Virus record (IMG/VR): IMGVR_UViG_3300028835_000118 | Location: 1 to 60,441 of that record | Reading direction: 5' to 3' (one strand) | Origin: a virus | Lineage: Duplodnaviria; Caudoviricetes | Length of the DNA stretch: 60,441 nucleotides | Shown: one piece after another, positions 6,046 through 15,415 of the stretch | Layout of the letters: every line of letters starts with the position of its first letter | Numbering within the stretch: position 1 is the first letter of the stretch | Program-made: the position numbers and the translations under genes | The notes under the pieces: generated by a model | The model's database searches: none | What the model was told of the DNA's origin: nothing | What the model saw: the letters and a program-made list of their open reading frames with translations, nothing else

Positions 6046-7266
6046 ATGGAAAAAGCAACCATTAAAAATTATGACCATCTTTTAAAGATAGATTGGTTCA
6101 ATCAGGTCTCTACTATAGAGGTTAACCTACACGAGAAGGGGGATAACTCGAAGACCACAACCTATAACTTTCGTTTGAATGAAGAGCAATCTGTATGTGA
6201 TGTTCTTACTGAACAGAAACTTATCAAAGATACAGACGAGGTTCGTCAACAAATTAACAGCGAAATTAATAAGCATATCAATAGTATTATTCAGAAGCGT
6301 CTAAATAACTATACTACAGCAGTTGACGTTCACAATATGTTAGTGGACTTAGATGTGAAAGACAAGAGACAATGGTCTTGTGGCGAAGCATACGAAGGTA
6401 AAATAAAATGGGGTGACGAAGTAGATTCAAACTTTGCGAGCCATCCATCCGAGGAATCATTTGTGTGTCCTACGGAAAACCTATGTTACTTCAATCCAAA
6501 AGCATTTGTGATTCGAATGGCTTGTCCCTATGACTACGATTGGAAAGCTGATAGATATAAGCATATATATAACAAAGATAAGTGCGTGGTAAATGTTAAT
6601 AGCTTTGGCGTATGCGACCTTGAGTTGCGTTTGGAATTCAAAAGCAAGGACTACAAAACAGGAGAGAGGTTTAACATTCCTAACCCTGCGTTATTCTATA
6701 ACCTTAGACAAAAAGATAATACCATAAGTAAGGTTAGCTTTATCGATGTGGCACTCTCAGAAAATAAATATAAGCCAATGGGAAAAGGACTTACTAAAAC
6801 ATATAAGTTTCAATCTTATTATGTGGGTAACGACTCGAGAAGTTTATCGTTAAATACATTTATAGTATACTGCCGTGAGAAATCTGACACCAACAGAAAG
6901 TTCTTTCTTCAGGATGTAGTTGAATCGGTAAACAAAGAAGAGATGTTAAAAGAGTTGAAAGAAAAGTTTGGTGAGGAGAATGTATTCAAGACAACAGCTT
7001 ACCAAAGCGATGTGAACTTTAAGAAGATGGATAGTTGGGGCAGGTATGGGTCGAAGGTAGTTAAGGTAATCCTGAAAGATGAGAGCTACTTGTTATATGA
7101 TTATACTGAGATAAAAAGAAACAAGAAATTAGAGCTTAGAGGTTTGTGGGATTCAAGCTACACAAAAGAATCAGTTAGTGATGCGTTTGAAAGAGTTATG
7201 AATAAGAATATAGAAGACAAATCTCTTGTCTCTGATATGATAGAAACAACATTTAACAATGAATAA
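6046..7266 (+). CDS. Hypothetical protein (406 aa)
   Basis: Long ORF with no motif I recognise. Confidence 0.8.
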   Translation: MEKATIKNYDHLLKIDWFNQVSTIEVNLHEKGDNSKTTTYNFRLNEEQSVCDVLTEQKLIKDTDEVRQQINSEINKHINSIIQKRLNNYTTAVDVHNMLVDLDVKDKRQWSCGEAYEGKIKWGDEVDSNFASHPSEESFVCPTENLCYFNPKAFVIRMACPYDYDWKADRYKHIYNKDKCVVNVNSFGVCDLELRLEFKSKDYKTGERFNIPNPALFYNLRQKDNTISKVSFIDVALSENKYKPMGKGLTKTYKFQSYYVGNDSRSLSLNTFIVYCREKSDTNRKFFLQDVVESVNKEEMLKELKEKFGEENVFKTTAYQSDVNFKKMDSWGRYGSKVVKVILKDESYLLYDYTEIKRNKKLELRGLWDSSYTKESVSDAFERVMNKNIEDKSLVSDMIETTFNNE

Positions 7267-7415
7267 AATGCTTAAGATAAATAAACTAAGAACCAAAGTG
7301 ATTTGTGTGTTTGATGAGGATGAAGGGGGACGTATAGAAGTGTATCGTCCCTCGGATTCCAAATACCAAATCTATTTAGAAATATATAATAACAATAAAA
7401 ATAAAAACAAATACT

Positions 7416-7802
7416 ATGGGTAGATATTATTACGGAGACATCGAAGGTAAGTTTATGTTCGCTGTCCAACCAAGTGACGCAGGAGAAAGGTTCGGTGCGT
7501 ATGAGACACCACACGAACCATCATCAATTGACTATTCTGTATGCAGAAAAAGTTCATACGATGACCTGTGTAAAGAATTAAAAAAGATAGAAGATTCAGG
7601 TGCAGTAAAGAGGTGCTTGCATATGTATGACGAGCTAGAGAAGGAAGGTCAGTTAGGTTACAACGAGAAAGATTGTGAAAGGTTTGGCGTATCTAAAACC
7701 GACCTATCGGAGTATGCTGATTGGAGGATGGGTACACATATGAAAGATTACTTTGACGAGAATCCTGATGCAGAACATTTATATTTTAATGCAGAGCTAT
7801 GA
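7416..7802 (+). CDS. Hypothetical phage protein (MGRYYYGDIEGKF..)
   Basis: ORF with A-rich leader. Confidence 0.75.
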   Translation: MGRYYYGDIEGKFMFAVQPSDAGERFGAYETPHEPSSIDYSVCRKSSYDDLCKELKKIEDSGAVKRCLHMYDELEKEGQLGYNEKDCERFGVSKTDLSEYADWRMGTHMKDYFDENPDAEHLYFNAEL

Positions 7803-7952
7803 TAAATAAGGAAGAACAAAAACACATTCTAGACAATTGGAAACGCAAGGCGTGTGCCGATGAATTAAGAGAGATAGTTATGTATGGTGAGGACGACAGA
7901 GATTTGGTTGTTCGAGATGCCATGATGATAATAGATAAATACTTTGAATAAT

Positions 7953-8126
7953 ATGGAACTAGCAATAATAAGATATACCGAAGGCAATGGCAGGACGTAT
8001 ATAGTTGACATTACAAATGATGTTGACAAGTGGATAGTCGATAACAATTCTACTAGGGATGAAGACCAACAAGAAAAATTATCTGACTTTAATATAGAAT
8101 ATAAATCAATTAAACTTTATAAATAA
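7953..8126 (+). CDS. Hypothetical protein
   Basis: Internal ATG (MELAII); stop overlaps the next start. Confidence 0.6.
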   Translation: MELAIIRYTEGNGRTYIVDITNDVDKWIVDNNSTRDEDQQEKLSDFNIEYKSIKLYK

Positions 8127-8416
8127 TGAAAGTAAAAATTCAAAACCGAAGTGTCTACCACAAATTTGCTGAGGTAGAAATAGAAGTAGACAAGGATGAC
8201 TTGGAACATTTCATTCTTGATAGAAAAGGAATGGACATCCTTGATTACCTACAATATAACTGCCACCTTTATGATGAGCAGATAGATAAAGCTATGAGTG
8301 AAGCAGAGTATGAATATGGAAGTGGAGTAGATGACTACAGGGGAATGGTAGATGAATTAGATACAAGCGAATGGAGATTCGAGTGTGAAGAATTAAATAC
8401 AGGAGGTCACCTATGA
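8126..8416 (+). CDS. Hypothetical acidic protein
   Basis: Coupled ORF in the operon. Confidence 0.7.
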   Translation: MKVKIQNRSVYHKFAEVEIEVDKDDLEHFILDRKGMDILDYLQYNCHLYDEQIDKAMSEAEYEYGSGVDDYRGMVDELDTSEWRFECEELNTGGHL

Positions 8417-8661
8417 AAAATCTACAATACACTAACAGCGATATAGCTGAAGAGCTTAGCGAGTGTGCATCCGATTTGTTTTTCGAGTTGATGTTAGAGC
8501 TTGAAGGAACAGAGCTATATGATAAATATATAATAGACCACGGAACACACACACAAAGCACAGCTTTAGGTCAGGAATTATTCTACCGAATAGAAGATAG
8601 ATTGTTCAAGCTAAAGCTAACAGATATAGAAGAGCATTCTATATTTGATGTTAAAAAATAA
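8413..8661 (+). CDS. Hypothetical acidic protein
   Basis: ATGA overlap with the previous ORF. Confidence 0.7.
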   Translation: MKNLQYTNSDIAEELSECASDLFFELMLELEGTELYDKYIIDHGTHTQSTALGQELFYRIEDRLFKLKLTDIEEHSIFDVKK

Positions 8662-8726
8662 TTACGAAATGATTAGGAATTGTCGATTTCTTTTCGTAAT
8701 ATTGTCGAACTTAAAATTAAAACACT

Positions 8727-9092
8727 ATGACAAAATTATTATCTTATGAAGGGGCGACCTTCAGAACACTAGAGAAAGACGAAATGTATTTCGATGGTGG
8801 CAGTTGGAAGGTAGGTTCATTAAACAATGTATGCTACCAAGAATTAATTGACCTCTTTGGACAACCCACTTGGAATAGAGAGAGTGGAGATTTCAAAGTG
8901 CAAATGGAATGGGCGATTGAAGTGAACGATGGTGACAAGGTTTATATCCTACGCATCTATGATTGGAAAACTTATGACAGAGATTACACGATGTCACAGC
9001 TTAAAACTTGGAGCATAGGAGGTAACGATGATGGGAATCCATATCTGCTAAAGTCGTTTGTTCATACACATCAATCAGTATTATCTAATTAA
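8727..9092 (+). CDS. Hypothetical phage protein (FGxP..K..EW..IYDWK..WSIGG type)
   Basis: Motif pattern resembles small phage proteins; function unknown. Confidence 0.75.
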   Translation: MTKLLSYEGATFRTLEKDEMYFDGGSWKVGSLNNVCYQELIDLFGQPTWNRESGDFKVQMEWAIEVNDGDKVYILRIYDWKTYDRDYTMSQLKTWSIGGNDDGNPYLLKSFVHTHQSVLSN

Positions 9093-9098
9093 ATATAT

Positions 9099-9459
9099 TA
9101 TGGCTAAAGAAATAAAACACCCACAGGAAGTTATTCAAACAGCAATGAAAGTTCTTGAAGAATGTGGATATGCAACAAGAAACTTATGGCACATAGATGA
9201 TGTTACACAGAGTCATCCACACCTAAACCTAACTAAAGATGAGTGTCTTGAAGTGCTAGACCATACATTATCTAACGAGCAATTAACTGAAGAGACATAT
9301 AGGGTGATGGATGATTCAGTAGCTTGGATGTTTAACCCTGAGAAAGATGATGAAGGTCTTGACATTCCTGTTGATATGTATCCTGATGAAATTCTAAGAA
9401 TGAAAATGGAGGGAGCAAGCAAGAAAGATATACAAAAAAAACAACAGGACAATGAGTAG
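9099..9459 (+). CDS. Hypothetical protein
   Basis: Likely start MAKEIK within the track ORF 9058..9459; start coordinate approximate. Confidence 0.65.
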
Positions 9460-9751
9460 ATTATATACCACAAAAGATAACTTTAGTTGGTGGATAGTCA
9501 CCGATAAAGCTGACAAGATATTTGAGACAGACAGCATTCCTTTATATGTTATATATGAGGACGAGTCTGAAAGTTTAATCGAAAGTTTGGACGAGCTTCA
9601 CGAAGCAATCAATCTTAATCTTCCTGTTGCTATGGAGTTAGGATATATAACAACCCAACCATCCTTGTGGGAGAAATGTGAGAGAGTATTGAGGAATGGG
9701 CATTGGTATGTGAAGCTGTCCGATGTAGTAAAACAATTTAATAATGGTTAA
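9452..9751 (+). CDS. Hypothetical protein
   Basis: Overlapping ORF in the operon. Confidence 0.7.
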   Translation: MSRLYTTKDNFSWWIVTDKADKIFETDSIPLYVIYEDESESLIESLDELHEAINLNLPVAMELGYITTQPSLWEKCERVLRNGHWYVKLSDVVKQFNNG

Positions 9752-10052
9752 GATAGGACATAATTATAAAAACACAGAGGACTTAATTAAAGAGGTAGCA
9801 CGAGATGTAGTTATGCTATTGCTTGAAAAGAATAAAGCGTATGGTGACACAGCTAACAATCCCCCTCAGATTTTTAGTAAGCTGTCAGCACGAGAAGGTA
9901 TACTCGCAAGACTTGATGACAAGTTAAGCAGAGTTAAAAACAAAGGACTGACCGACAAGACAGAGGATACCATTGACGATATCATTGGGTATCTCATCTT
10001 GTATAAAGTTCAAGTTATAAAAGAGGAGTTAAATAAAAAGAAAGACAAATGA
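9744..10052 (+). CDS. Nucleotide modification-associated domain 1 (DUF1599-like) protein
   Basis: LLEKNKAYGD..RLDDKLSR..EDTIDDIIGYLIL motif. Confidence 0.75.
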   Translation: MVKIGHNYKNTEDLIKEVARDVVMLLLEKNKAYGDTANNPPQIFSKLSAREGILARLDDKLSRVKNKGLTDKTEDTIDDIIGYLILYKVQVIKEELNKKKDK

Positions 10053-10342
10053 AATTAAATATTTTTAATGACTATGTTAAAGGGGTAGCTCTCCTATATA
10101 ATATAGAGGAAGAACAGATATTTGAGAAGACAAAAGAGAGAGGAATAGTAGATGCTAGACATTTACTTTACTATCTTTGCTACTATCGACCTATGAAGTT
10201 GAAGTATATTCAGGACTATATGGAACAAAGAGGTTATAGTATCGGTCACTCGAGTATCATTCACGGAATTCAAAGTGTTCAGAAAGCAATTGATGAAGAC
10301 GGAGATTATCAAAAGGTTATTAATCAATTCAATGACAGATAA
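10049..10342 (+). CDS. DnaA C-terminal (domain IV)-like HTH protein
   Basis: IVDARHLLYYLC..GHSSIIHGI resembles the DnaA IV pattern (ARQ.AMYL..DHTTV.HA). Confidence 0.7.
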   Translation: MKLNIFNDYVKGVALLYNIEEEQIFEKTKERGIVDARHLLYYLCYYRPMKLKYIQDYMEQRGYSIGHSSIIHGIQSVQKAIDEDGDYQKVINQFNDR

Positions 10343-10736
10343 ACTAACCTTGAAAGATGTATGGACGGAAGCTAAGAAAGATTCTTATGCGTCAGGACTT
10401 AATGGAGGTTCATACGAAGCACGCATGGTATTCGGAGTCAAGATAGTTTACGACCACGATACCGATAGCGTAACCATTTGGAACACATCAAGAGGTGGAG
10501 ATTTCTACACGGAAGTAGCCAACCTTGAGCCGTTCTTAGAACGAGGATGGAGGTATGGGGTTTACCAAACAGCGTTAACCAACTATAGATTCAAGTTAAA
10601 TAAAGTTGAAGAGTCAATGAGAAACGAAGTAAATGGTAAAAGAAATCCCAAGCAAATCAAATCGTTAAAGAATGCAAGAGTAAGATTACTCAGCAAGTAT
10701 AATAATATAAGTGAAAAATTAAATCAAATAAAATAG
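10332..10736 (+). CDS. Hypothetical protein
   Basis: Likely start MTDKLT inside the track ORF 10275..10736. Confidence 0.7.
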   Translation: MTDKLTLKDVWTEAKKDSYASGLNGGSYEARMVFGVKIVYDHDTDSVTIWNTSRGGDFYTEVANLEPFLERGWRYGVYQTALTNYRFKLNKVEESMRNEVNGKRNPKQIKSLKNARVRLLSKYNNISEKLNQIK

Positions 10737-10738
10737 AT

Positions 10739-11278
10739 ATGGCAAAATTAAAATCAGTAAACATTAAAGGAAAAGAGTATGTGGAAGTACACGAGAGACT
10801 TCGTTACTTCAGAAGTACATACCCAAATTATTCTTTAACATCAGAAGTGTTAGAGAAGACAGACAAATCAATTCTTATTCTCGCTTCTATTATCAATGAA
10901 GATGGTAGGGTTATTGCTTCAGGTATGGCTGAGGAAGAGAAAGGAAGTACATTCATTAACAAGACATCTTATGTAGAGAACTGCGAGACTTCAGCTTGGG
11001 GCAGGGCGTTAGCCAACTTTGGAATCGGACTTGATACCTCAGTTGCTTCGGCTGAAGAAGTGCAGAATGCAATAGCAAATCAAGATACTGCATCCACTAA
11101 AGACGTATTAATGGATTTGAATGATGAGAAGATGATAGACGTTCTTAAGTATGTAGTAGCCAACAAGAGTAAAGGTCTTGAGTGGATTGTGAAAAACATA
11201 GGTAAGAAATATAATGTTACAACTAAGGTAAAGAACACAATAAAAAAGACACTACAAGATGGAGAAAAAGGTAACTAA
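10739..11278 (+). CDS. Single-strand annealing protein (Rad52/Sak-like)
   Basis: IKGKEYVEVHERL..ENCETSAWGRALA; adjacent to an exonuclease. Confidence 0.7.
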   Translation: MAKLKSVNIKGKEYVEVHERLRYFRSTYPNYSLTSEVLEKTDKSILILASIINEDGRVIASGMAEEEKGSTFINKTSYVENCETSAWGRALANFGIGLDTSVASAEEVQNAIANQDTASTKDVLMDLNDEKMIDVLKYVVANKSKGLEWIVKNIGKKYNVTTKVKNTIKKTLQDGEKGN

Positions 11279-12017
11279 AAAAGTAATTAACTTACTTAAA
11301 TCTGATACCGAATATTACACAGGGATTGGAAAACAATTCTTATCCAATTCAGATATCGGCACATTACTTAAGAACCCTCAGCAGTATGGGATTCCTCAAC
11401 CTGATAATAAAAATTTTATTATGGGTAGGTATTTTCATTGCAAGATGTTAGAACCTGAAAAGCTAGGGGATTATTTAATAGCTAATGTGAGTAGCAGAAA
11501 CTCAAAAGCATACAAGGAATTTTGTGCTGAGCATTTGATTCCCTTTGCAATGCTTAAACCTGAACAGGAAATGGTGGATGAGTGGTGTGAAACTATGTTA
11601 GGTAACATGGACTTCTATGATTTGATTCAGCATGGAGATAACACATATGAAGTACCTAATGTAAAGAACATAGGTGAGTACGAGGGTGGAGCTTTATGGA
11701 AAGGTAAAGCTGACATCGTACATAAAGATTATGTGATAGACCTGAAGACAAGTGGGGACATCACTAAATTTAAGAACAGCGTTTATAATTATAATTATGA
11801 TTCACAAGGTTATATATATCGTGAACTCTTTGGGAAACCAATTCTCTTCCTTGTTATTGACAAGTCAACTCAAGTATTGGGAATGTATGAGTTATCTGAA
11901 GAGAGTTACGAGAGAGGTAAGTACAAAGTGGAGCAAGCTCTTGAAGTTTATAAGACTTTCTTTGGAGAGAATAGAACAAAAGATATTGAGCTACACTATC
12001 TTAAGGGTACCATATAA
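11259..12017 (+). CDS. PD-(D/E)XK exonuclease (RecE/ExoVIII, DUF3799-like)
   Basis: LSNSDI..GRYFH..LEP..KGKAD..IDLKT..YDSQGYIY. Confidence 0.8.
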   Translation: MEKKVTKKVINLLKSDTEYYTGIGKQFLSNSDIGTLLKNPQQYGIPQPDNKNFIMGRYFHCKMLEPEKLGDYLIANVSSRNSKAYKEFCAEHLIPFAMLKPEQEMVDEWCETMLGNMDFYDLIQHGDNTYEVPNVKNIGEYEGGALWKGKADIVHKDYVIDLKTSGDITKFKNSVYNYNYDSQGYIYRELFGKPILFLVIDKSTQVLGMYELSEESYERGKYKVEQALEVYKTFFGENRTKDIELHYLKGTI

Positions 12018-12164
12018 ATGGGTAGCTAGTAAGATAAAAAGAAAACAGACACATTTGGTTCTTCAAGTTCCATTGGAATTCAATAGTGTCGAAGACTATA
12101 ACAAGTTTATAGTATTAACAAGTAAATTAATGGAACACAATATTAAAATTAAAAACTATAGACT

Positions 12165-12419
12165 ATGGCACAGACTGAAGAAAAAATCTTTGCTGACGGA
12201 TTCTCTTTCAAGAAGAGAGAGAACGCTCCTGACTTCGTTGTCGGAAGAATTAGTGTGAAAGTAGATGACGCTATTTCTTTTCTGAAGAAACATCAGAAAG
12301 GTGGATGGGTTAATCTAAATTGTAATCAAGCAAAGAGTGGTAACTACTACTTGGAGTTAGATACTTTTGTACCTAAATCTAATGAAACAAAAGAAGAGAA
12401 GGCAGACCTTCCGTTCTAA
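12165..12419 (+). CDS. Putative ssDNA-binding protein
   Basis: Small beta-rich protein with a C-terminal DLPF tail, in the recombination module. Confidence 0.65.
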   Translation: MAQTEEKIFADGFSFKKRENAPDFVVGRISVKVDDAISFLKKHQKGGWVNLNCNQAKSGNYYLELDTFVPKSNETKEEKADLPF

Positions 12420-12426
12420 AAAAAAT

Positions 12427-12457
12427 AGGGAGGGGTTTTTTCCTCTCCCTTTTTTTA
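12427..12457 (+). terminator. Intrinsic terminator
   Basis: AGGGAGGGG/CCTCTCCCT stem followed by a T tract. Confidence 0.75.
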
Positions 12458-12469
12458 TTTATTTTTATT

Positions 12470-12566
12470 TTATTCTTGTATACGAGGGCTAAAAAGTTAA
12501 CAAAGTATACAAGTGACTGATAATCAAGACTAAACTTAACAGAAAGTTGACAGAAAGTCAGCAGGA
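12470..12566. repeat. Second copy of the iteron-like element, upstream of the primase-helicase
   Basis: ATACGA..AAAAGTTAACAA..TGATAATCAAG..TTAACAG-AAAGTTGACAG-AAAGTCAGCAG. Confidence 0.65.
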
Positions 12567-12579
12567 GAACCACTAAAAT

Positions 12580-15000
12580 ATGACATCAGAGCAGAAAATT
12601 ACTATATTCAAAAACATAAAAGAGACAGACACACCATTTCATAGACCTGTCAAGCACATACTTAAAAGAATTAAAGACGGCTCAACTAAGGAGCTTGTTA
12701 AACAAATCAGAGCTGAGAAAAGAAAGGCAGAACGAAACGAATTAAAGAAGAGTTTACCTGCTATATGTTTCTCAGGTATATTTAATAAACGAAACGACTC
12801 ATCAATACAAGAACACACAGGAATTATATGTCTTGACTTTGATGGGTACGAAAAGAACAAAGACTTACTACAAGATAAAGAGAACCTCACCAAGAATAAT
12901 TTTGTTTACTCGGTATTTATTTCTCCTTCAGGTCTTGGCTTAAAGGTATTAGTAAAGATACCAAAGGATGCAGAGAACCACATCAATTACTTTAATGCTT
13001 TATCAAAACACTTTGATAACCCAAGGTTTGATGAGACATGCAAAAACATTTCAAGGGTTTGCTACGAAAGTTATGACCCTCTTATATATATAAACGAGAA
13101 CTCAAGTGAGTGGGATAAGATTGAAGAAAAGGAATACCAAGAGAAACATTCCTTGCGTGACCTTCCCACGATACCAATAACAGACGAGAATAAGATAGTA
13201 GATATACTTACGAAGTGGTGGGTAAAGAAGTATCCTATGGATGAAGGTCAGCGAAACAATAATACATTTGTTTTGGCTTCAGCATTCAATGACTTTGGAG
13301 TTAACAAATCTCTTGCTAGTTATGTGTTAAGTAATTATCAAACCAAAGACTTTGGTCTCAATGAGATACAACGAACTATAGATTCTGCCTATGCACAAAC
13401 TCAAAACTTTGGGACGAAATACTATGAGGATGACGAAAGAATAAATACCATCAAGCTTAAGCTCAGACGAGGGGTTTCGAAAAAAGAAATCAAGAGTCAG
13501 TTATTAGATACTGAAGTGGAAGCAAATGTAATTGACGCAGTCTTACAAAGAGTTGACGAAGAAAACAAAGAGCAGAAGTTTTGGTCAAAGAGTGACAAGG
13601 GTGTAATCAAAATAGTTCACATCTTATTCAAACAATTCTTAGAGGACAATGGGTTCTATAAGTATTGTCCTGAAGGCAGTAAGAACTATGTGTTTGTTAA
13701 GGTAACTAATAACCTCATCGACCATACTGATGAGAAACAAATCAAAGACTTTGTATTGAATCATTTGTTTCAGCTAGATGATGCGAGTATCTACAACTAC
13801 TTTGCTGATAACACAAGGTTCTTTAAGGATGAGTTCTTATCGATGTTATCTACTATAGATATATACTTTATAGAAGATACCAAGAACACCTCTTATTTAT
13901 ACTTTAAAAATTGTGCAGTAAAGATTACTAAAGATTCATTAGACTTACTTGACTATCTAGATTTAGGTGGGTACGTTTGGAAAGACCATGTGATAAATAG
14001 AAACTTTAATGTTTGTGATTTTGAGACAGCAGACTACAAACAATTTGTATCTAACATATGTAAACGAGAAGATGACAGAGTCAAGTCGATGGAATCAACT
14101 ATTGGTTTCTTAATGCAGGGTCACAAGAACCTGAGCTATTGTCCTGCTGTTATATTAAATGATGAGGTTATCTCGGACAACCCTGAAGGTGGAACAGGGA
14201 AGGGGATATTTATGAACGCATTAGCTCAGATGAAGAAGGTAGTTACTATAGATGGGAAATCTTTTTTCTTTGAGAGAAGCTTCGCTTATCAATTGGTTTC
14301 AGCAGACACGCAGATTCTAGTATTCGATGATGTGAAAAAAGCATTTGACTTTGAAAGGTTGTTCTCGGTAGTGACTGAAGGTCTGACCTTAGAAAAGAAA
14401 AATAAAGATGCAATTAAAATTCCTTTTAGTAAGTCTCCTAAGATTGCAATCACAACTAACTATGCAATTAAAGGAGCAGGTAATTCTTTTGCTCGAAGGA
14501 AGTGGGAGCTAGAGTTACACCAACATTACAATAAAAGTTACACCCCTTTAGATGAATTCGAAAAGTTAATGTTTGGTGATTGGGATGATGGAGAGTGGTG
14601 TAAGTTTGACAACTATATGATTAGTTGTTTGCAGTTATATCTAGCGAAAGGATTAGTTAAAAGTAAATTCGTAAATTTAAAGATTAGACAGCTATCGGCT
14701 GAGACCTGTCATGATTTCATAGAATGGTGTGGAGTTATTAATGGTTCGATAGCAAACGATAAACTGCGAGTGGACAATAAGATTAACTTACAGGATTGCT
14801 ACTATGATTTCATAGAACAGTACCCTGACTACGCACCTAAAGCTAAGTTAACTATATCAAGGATTAGGTTTAATAAATGGATGGTTTCATACGCACATTA
14901 TCAAACAGGTGGAGCACCTGATGAAGGAAGAGATGAACACGGAAGATGGATAAGATTAAAAAGACAAGACGAACTTAACACACAAACTAAACTAATATGA
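12580..15000 (+). CDS. Primase-helicase (BT4734/VirE-N primase domain, PriCT, SF3/D5-like P-loop helicase)
   Basis: LPAICFSG, CLDFD, FISPSGLGLK, GQRNN, Walker A GGTGKG, Walker B LVFDD, ITTN. Confidence 0.85.
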   Translation: MTSEQKITIFKNIKETDTPFHRPVKHILKRIKDGSTKELVKQIRAEKRKAERNELKKSLPAICFSGIFNKRNDSSIQEHTGIICLDFDGYEKNKDLLQDKENLTKNNFVYSVFISPSGLGLKVLVKIPKDAENHINYFNALSKHFDNPRFDETCKNISRVCYESYDPLIYINENSSEWDKIEEKEYQEKHSLRDLPTIPITDENKIVDILTKWWVKKYPMDEGQRNNNTFVLASAFNDFGVNKSLASYVLSNYQTKDFGLNEIQRTIDSAYAQTQNFGTKYYEDDERINTIKLKLRRGVSKKEIKSQLLDTEVEANVIDAVLQRVDEENKEQKFWSKSDKGVIKIVHILFKQFLEDNGFYKYCPEGSKNYVFVKVTNNLIDHTDEKQIKDFVLNHLFQLDDASIYNYFADNTRFFKDEFLSMLSTIDIYFIEDTKNTSYLYFKNCAVKITKDSLDLLDYLDLGGYVWKDHVINRNFNVCDFETADYKQFVSNICKREDDRVKSMESTIGFLMQGHKNLSYCPAVILNDEVISDNPEGGTGKGIFMNALAQMKKVVTIDGKSFFFERSFAYQLVSADTQILVFDDVKKAFDFERLFSVVTEGLTLEKKNKDAIKIPFSKSPKIAITTNYAIKGAGNSFARRKWELELHQHYNKSYTPLDEFEKLMFGDWDDGEWCKFDNYMISCLQLYLAKGLVKSKFVNLKIRQLSAETCHDFIEWCGVINGSIANDKLRVDNKINLQDCYYDFIEQYPDYAPKAKLTISRIRFNKWMVSYAHYQTGGAPDEGRDEHGRWIRLKRQDELNTQTKLI

Positions 15001-15233
15001 ACCTTGAAGAATACGTTGACGTAGCCCACAGAAATTCTTATGATGTAATAATTAATGATAAAGAAGCGAAGGATATAGTAATGAGTGACGATGGATATTT
15101 TATTCATCACCCTGCCGAACCTGTTACGAAAGATATTCTTGATGGGTTGAGAGAATACTTTGCTGAAGTAGAAGAGTACGAGAAGTGTATTAGAATAATA
15201 AAATATATAGATGAAAACATTGATAAACTTTGA
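14997..15233 (+). CDS. Hypothetical protein with a UVR-like C-terminus
   Basis: FAEVEEYEKC motif. Confidence 0.6.
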   Translation: MNLEEYVDVAHRNSYDVIINDKEAKDIVMSDDGYFIHHPAEPVTKDILDGLREYFAEVEEYEKCIRIIKYIDENIDKL

Positions 15234-15415
15234 AGGAAAAGGATATAACGATTATGAGTGTCTGCAACAGGCAAAGATATTAAAGAAGGTTATGTTTAAA
15301 ACAACAGAAGTTAAATCAGGCAGGGGTAAGAAAGCAATTGTAACACATAAATTTATTTTTAACACAGAGGCAGATGACGAAGTAAGAGACAAAATAATAA
15401 ACACTATAAAACACT

